Of a DNA stretch of 64,000 bases, positions 59,819 to 64,000 are shown piece after piece. The translations under genes and the position numbers were made by a program. Under the pieces are notes generated by a model. The model was not told where the DNA came from. It saw nothing but the letters and a program-made list of their open reading frames with translations, and made no database searches. The first letter of the stretch is position 1. Each line of letters starts with the position of its first letter. This DNA comes from Somniosus microcephalus (lineage: Eukaryota): NCBI GenBank assembly GCA_052327205.1, contig CM126215.1, forward strand, positions 121,272,001-121,336,000, written 5' to 3'.

Positions 59819-62800
59819 ATGCCGAAGACTGGCAATATCACTGCCTTCGATAATGCAATCGAAGACTGGACCATGTATGTGGAAAGAGTCGAAGTATATT
59901 GCAAGGCAAATGAAGTAGCCGATGAGAAAAAGGCATCGGTACTACTAAACTTAATGGGCGCAAGAACGTACGGCCTATTGCGGAACCTGATCACTCCAGT
60001 CAAACCGATGGTGAAGAGTTTTAATGAAATTGTTGATATCCTACAGGAACACCTAAATCCTACACCGCTGCTGATAGCAGAAAGATTTAAATTCCACAAG
60101 AGAAATCAGCATAAAGATGAGAGCAATGCTGATTACCTTACGGAACTACGCAAGCTATCAAAGCACTGCCAGTTCAGAGCAGGACTGGCAGATACCCTAC
60201 AGGACAAATTTGTCTGTGGACTCCTGAGTGAAGGAACCCAGAAGAGGTTACTCTCAGAGAAAGAGCTGACGCTAGACAAGGCTTTCAGCGTGGCAGTATC
60301 GTACGAAGCAGCAGCAAGGGGAGCTGCGGAAATACAGCAAAAGCCACAGGAATATGGCACCCATGAAATGACATGGGGATTTGAAAAATATTATCGCTGC
60401 GGCAGAACAACCCATGACCAGAAGGACTGCTGGTCCAAGGACAAAACATGCAGGCAATGCGGAAAGATGGGACACATTGCACGAGTTTGCAGGTCTGGGA
60501 AGAAGACTAACGACAACAAAAAGACTACTAAGGAACAGTACAGGAAAGTACAAAAGATGACGGACAGTAGTTCCGAAGACCAGAAGAGCGATAGTGAATC
60601 CGGGAACAAGAGACTAAGCTGTCTCAAACTACACAACGTAATCGCAAAAGAGGATCACCGAACCATTTGGGTCACCCTCACGATAGCAGGGTCCCAAGTC
60701 AAAATGGAATTGGATACAGGATCAGCCCTGACCGTCATGAATCGACGAGACTACGAGCGGCTATTCTCACACATACCCTTGAAAGACATGTCCATTGTCT
60801 TAAAGACATATACGGGGCAGAAAGTATACCCCAGAGGGAAAATAAGGGTGCCTGTCGAATACAACAGCAAGGAAATACAGAAATTGTATCTGTACATACT
60901 GCAAGATGGTGGACCACCGTTATTGGGACGTGAATGGATCAGAAAGATAAGTTTAGACTGGCACTCCATTCAGGCACTGACTGTGGCTGGTAAAAAGGAT
61001 GACGACGTCACACCTGGATGATTGTCAAAAATCTTAGCTAACGCTAAAGAGGTATTTCAACAAGGACTGGGCACTCATAAAGGCGTTACCGCCTCGATAA
61101 AAATAGAAGAGAATGCAATTCCCAAGTTTTTCAAAGCAAGACCGGTACCGTATGCAATTCGCCCAGCCGTCGAGGCAGAGCTGGAGAATCTGGAGAATGC
61201 AGGCCTGTTATCTAAGGTAGACTGGAGCGAGTGGGCGACACCCATCATTCCTGTCATGAAGAAAACGTTAAACAAGAAGTCTGAGGAGCCAAGAAAGGTT
61301 CGCATCTGTGGGGACTTCAAGGTGACTGTGAACCCAGTCCTTCACACAGTACAGCATCTTCTTCCGAGGATAGAAGATATTTTCGCCTCACTATCTGGAG
61401 GAAAACGTTTTACAAAAATTGACCTAGCGCAAGCATATTTGCAGATGGAGGTTGAAGAATCCTCTAGGAAATATCTCACGATAAACACTCACAAAGGTCT
61501 TTACCAGTATAATCGACTGGTATTCGGAGTAGCATCAGCTCCGGCTATATGGCAAAGAGCGATGGAACAAGTCCTGCAAGGGATTCCGGGGACTCAGTGT
61601 TACTTGGACGACATCCTAGTGACAGGTGAAAATGACAGTGAGCACCTTGCCAACCTAGAGCAGGTGCTCACTAGACTAAGAGAACATGGGCTACGAGCCA
61701 ATCACCCCAAGTGCGAGTTTTTTAAGAAACAAATATCGTATTGTGGCCACGTGATTGATGAAGAGGGGTTACATAAGTCCCCTGACAAAATTGAAGCGGT
61801 AGTTAAGGCTCCAGCGCCTGAAAATGTGTCGCAACTGAGGTCATTCCTCGGATTGGTGAATTACTACCATAAGTTTTTGCCGAATTTGTCCACAATTCTG
61901 CACCCACTGAACGCCCTGCTACAAACTGGAGTAGCATGGAAATGGAGCGATGAATGTAAGCGGGCCTTTCAGAAGTGTAAAGGCCTGATCACTTCAAGAG
62001 AAGTATTGGCTCACTACAACCCATCACTACCGATAAGACTGGCGTGTGATGCGTCTCCCTACGGCGTTGGAGCGGTACTGTCACATAAATCCCTTGATGG
62101 TTCAGAGAGGCCGATAGCTTTTGCGTCACGCTCGTTAACTGCAGCCAAGCGTAACTACGCCCAGATTGACAGAGAGGCCCTCAGCCTGGTGTGGGGGGTG
62201 AAGAAGTTCAATCACTACCTGCACGGACAGAAATTTACTCTACTAACTGATCATCAACCTCTTGTCTCCATTTTCAACCCTCAGAAGGGCGTCCCGATAA
62301 TGACAGCACAACGGCTACAGAGGTGGTCCCTTTTCCTAGGGGCACACCAATATGACATCGAGTACAAAGGAACTAAACAGCATGGGAATGCTGATGGATT
62401 GTCGCGCCTACCGTTGCCGACGGTGGAAGAAGCACCTGCAGTGGATCCTGTGGAGATATTCCACTCGACCATAGTCGAATGTCTACCTGTGACGAATGCA
62501 AACATAGAAAAGTGATGCGCCATCAATTACTCAAAAGACTGAAGTTGAGCGAGTAACAATCAGGCTTTTATTAACTAAAGAATGAAGGTCTAGTCTCGAG
62601 TGGTCGACCCGTCCAGAATACTAAGGGACTGGGAGGTAGTCACTTATATACCTGGAATAGTGGGAGGAGTCAGCCGAGGCATGTCCAGACCTGTACCTAG
62701 TGGAATACACATACAGACACAGACAGGTATGACAGTGGTTTACCACAAAAAGGAAACACGAAATGACCCGACACTCTCCAGGGTCTATGATTTAACGGTG

Positions 62801-64000
62801 AAGGGATGGCCAGCACATGGCGAACCACTGTTGCCAGCATTCTCACCGAGAAGAGAACAGCTGTCAGTGTGCTGAGGCACCTTGATGTGTGGATCCAGAG
62901 TAGTAATTCCACCCAAATTGAAGGATAGAGTGCTCAATGAGCTTCATGAGGGTCATCTGGGAGGGGTAAAAATGAAGAGCTTAGCCAGAGCGTTTGTGTG
63001 GTGGCCGGGAATCGATAGAGAAGTCGAAGAGATGACCAAGAGTTGTACAGCATGCCAGAAGGTCCAAAATGCCCCACCACAAGCCCCTCTACATCCATGG
63101 GAGTGGCCCTCATCCCCATGGCAAAGGGTACACATTGATTTTGCTGGTCCATTTATGGACTCGATGTTTTTAATTGCGGTGGATGCACATTCAAAGTGGC
63201 CAGAGGTAATAAAAATGCCCTCAACCACCACAGAAAAAACTATCACAGTTTTACGAACCATATTCGCCAGAAATGGGCTGCCTGAACAGATTTGCTCCGA
63301 CAATGGACCACAGTTTGTGTCTGAAGAGTTCCGGAGGTTCTTAAAGAACAATGGTGTTAAGCATTACACATCCGCCCCATATCATCCAGCCACCAATGGA
63401 TTGGCTGAGAGGTTCGTTCAAACATTCAAGAAGGCTATCAAGGCAATGTGTAATGAAGACATACCCCTACAACACAAGGTGGATAACTTCTTGTTTGCCT
63501 ACCGGAATGCGACACATGCGGTTACCAACCAAACTCCAGCCATGATGTTCTTCAATTGAAGACTAAGATGCCCCTTGGATTAGGTTAAGCCAAACATCAG
63601 AAGAGATGTGGAGAACAGGCAGTTTCAGAATATGAATGAAAGGCCAACCAGGAGTTTTAAGATAGGTCAACCAGTTTTGGCCCGGGACTACCGCACAGAG
63701 AAATGGCAGCCAGGAACGATCTGCACACGGCAAGGACCTCTAATGTATACCGTGGACGTTGGAGAGAGCATTGTAAGACGCCATGCTGACCAGATTCTAG
63801 AGTCACTGGAAAACGTCAAATCTATACCATGATCCTATACACCTGGTGATGAAACCGAAGTACCAATTGCATCTACCTCAGAATCGGTGATATTGGAAGC
63901 AGACGAACCAAACAACGACGTTGATCCTGAATCAACTTTGCCAGAAGAACCTGATACCCCAAAGAGGCGTTACCTGGACAGAATCAGGAAGCCTCCTCAA
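59819..64000 (+). pseudogene. Gypsy single-frame gag-pol with nonsense mutations and an LTR insertion
   Basis: CCHC knuckle, LDTGS, YLDD, RNase H DAS and integrase DDE motifs. Stops at 61019, 62873 and 63557 correspond to Arg codons in copy 2. Confidence 0.93.
62513..62747 (-). mobile_element. Solo LTR (235 bp) nested in Gypsy pol
   Basis: TG...CA ends and 5-bp TSD AAAAG; absent from copy 2; TATATAA and AATAAA on the - strand. Confidence 0.92.

Larger units (their letters stand above)
58876..64000 (+). mobile_element. Ty3/Gypsy LTR retrotransposon (copy 3), 3' LTR beyond the window
   Basis: 191-bp 5' LTR at 58876-59066 (TG...CA), PBS TGGCGATGAA, then a leader and gag-pol closely similar to copy 2. 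Confidence 0.96.

Noticed and set aside
41978-64000. Next NCAM2 exon (expected ...DFGRYNCTA...)
   Set aside because: Not found by eye; it probably lies beyond the window, but a short exon below the ORF cutoff cannot be fully excluded.

Overview
Eukaryotic, repeat-dense vertebrate DNA, very likely from a cartilaginous fish (shark): it carries an HE1-type V-SINE, a Deu-domain SINE and abundant HER1/CR1-like LINEs. The window lies inside one + strand host gene, NCAM2. Four coding exons are visible (4063-4220, 27053-27198, 38200-38350, 41790-41977), encoding the end of Ig3, all of Ig4 and most of Ig5, with GT-AG sites and consistent phases. Most of the intronic sequence is transposon-derived. It includes three Ty3/Gypsy (Mag/K02A2.6-like) copies: one full-length with a 5-bp TSD, one internally deleted and one running off the window. 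It also includes several solo LTRs, many CR1 and L2 fragments, SINEs, a TA-flanked Tc1/pogo-like element, and about 14 GC-rich TIR elements in four families, several with 3-bp TSDs. One TIR element (19859-22228) keeps the N-terminus of a Myb/SANT gene and probably of a convergent transposase gene, linking these MITEs to PIF/Harbinger. I found no CRISPR or prokaryotic system. The best novelty candidates are the Harbinger MITE system, the inverted Gypsy pair bracketing three NCAM2 exons, and several nested or palindromic structures. No database searches were run; family names come from recalled motifs, and LINE/SINE boundaries are approximate.
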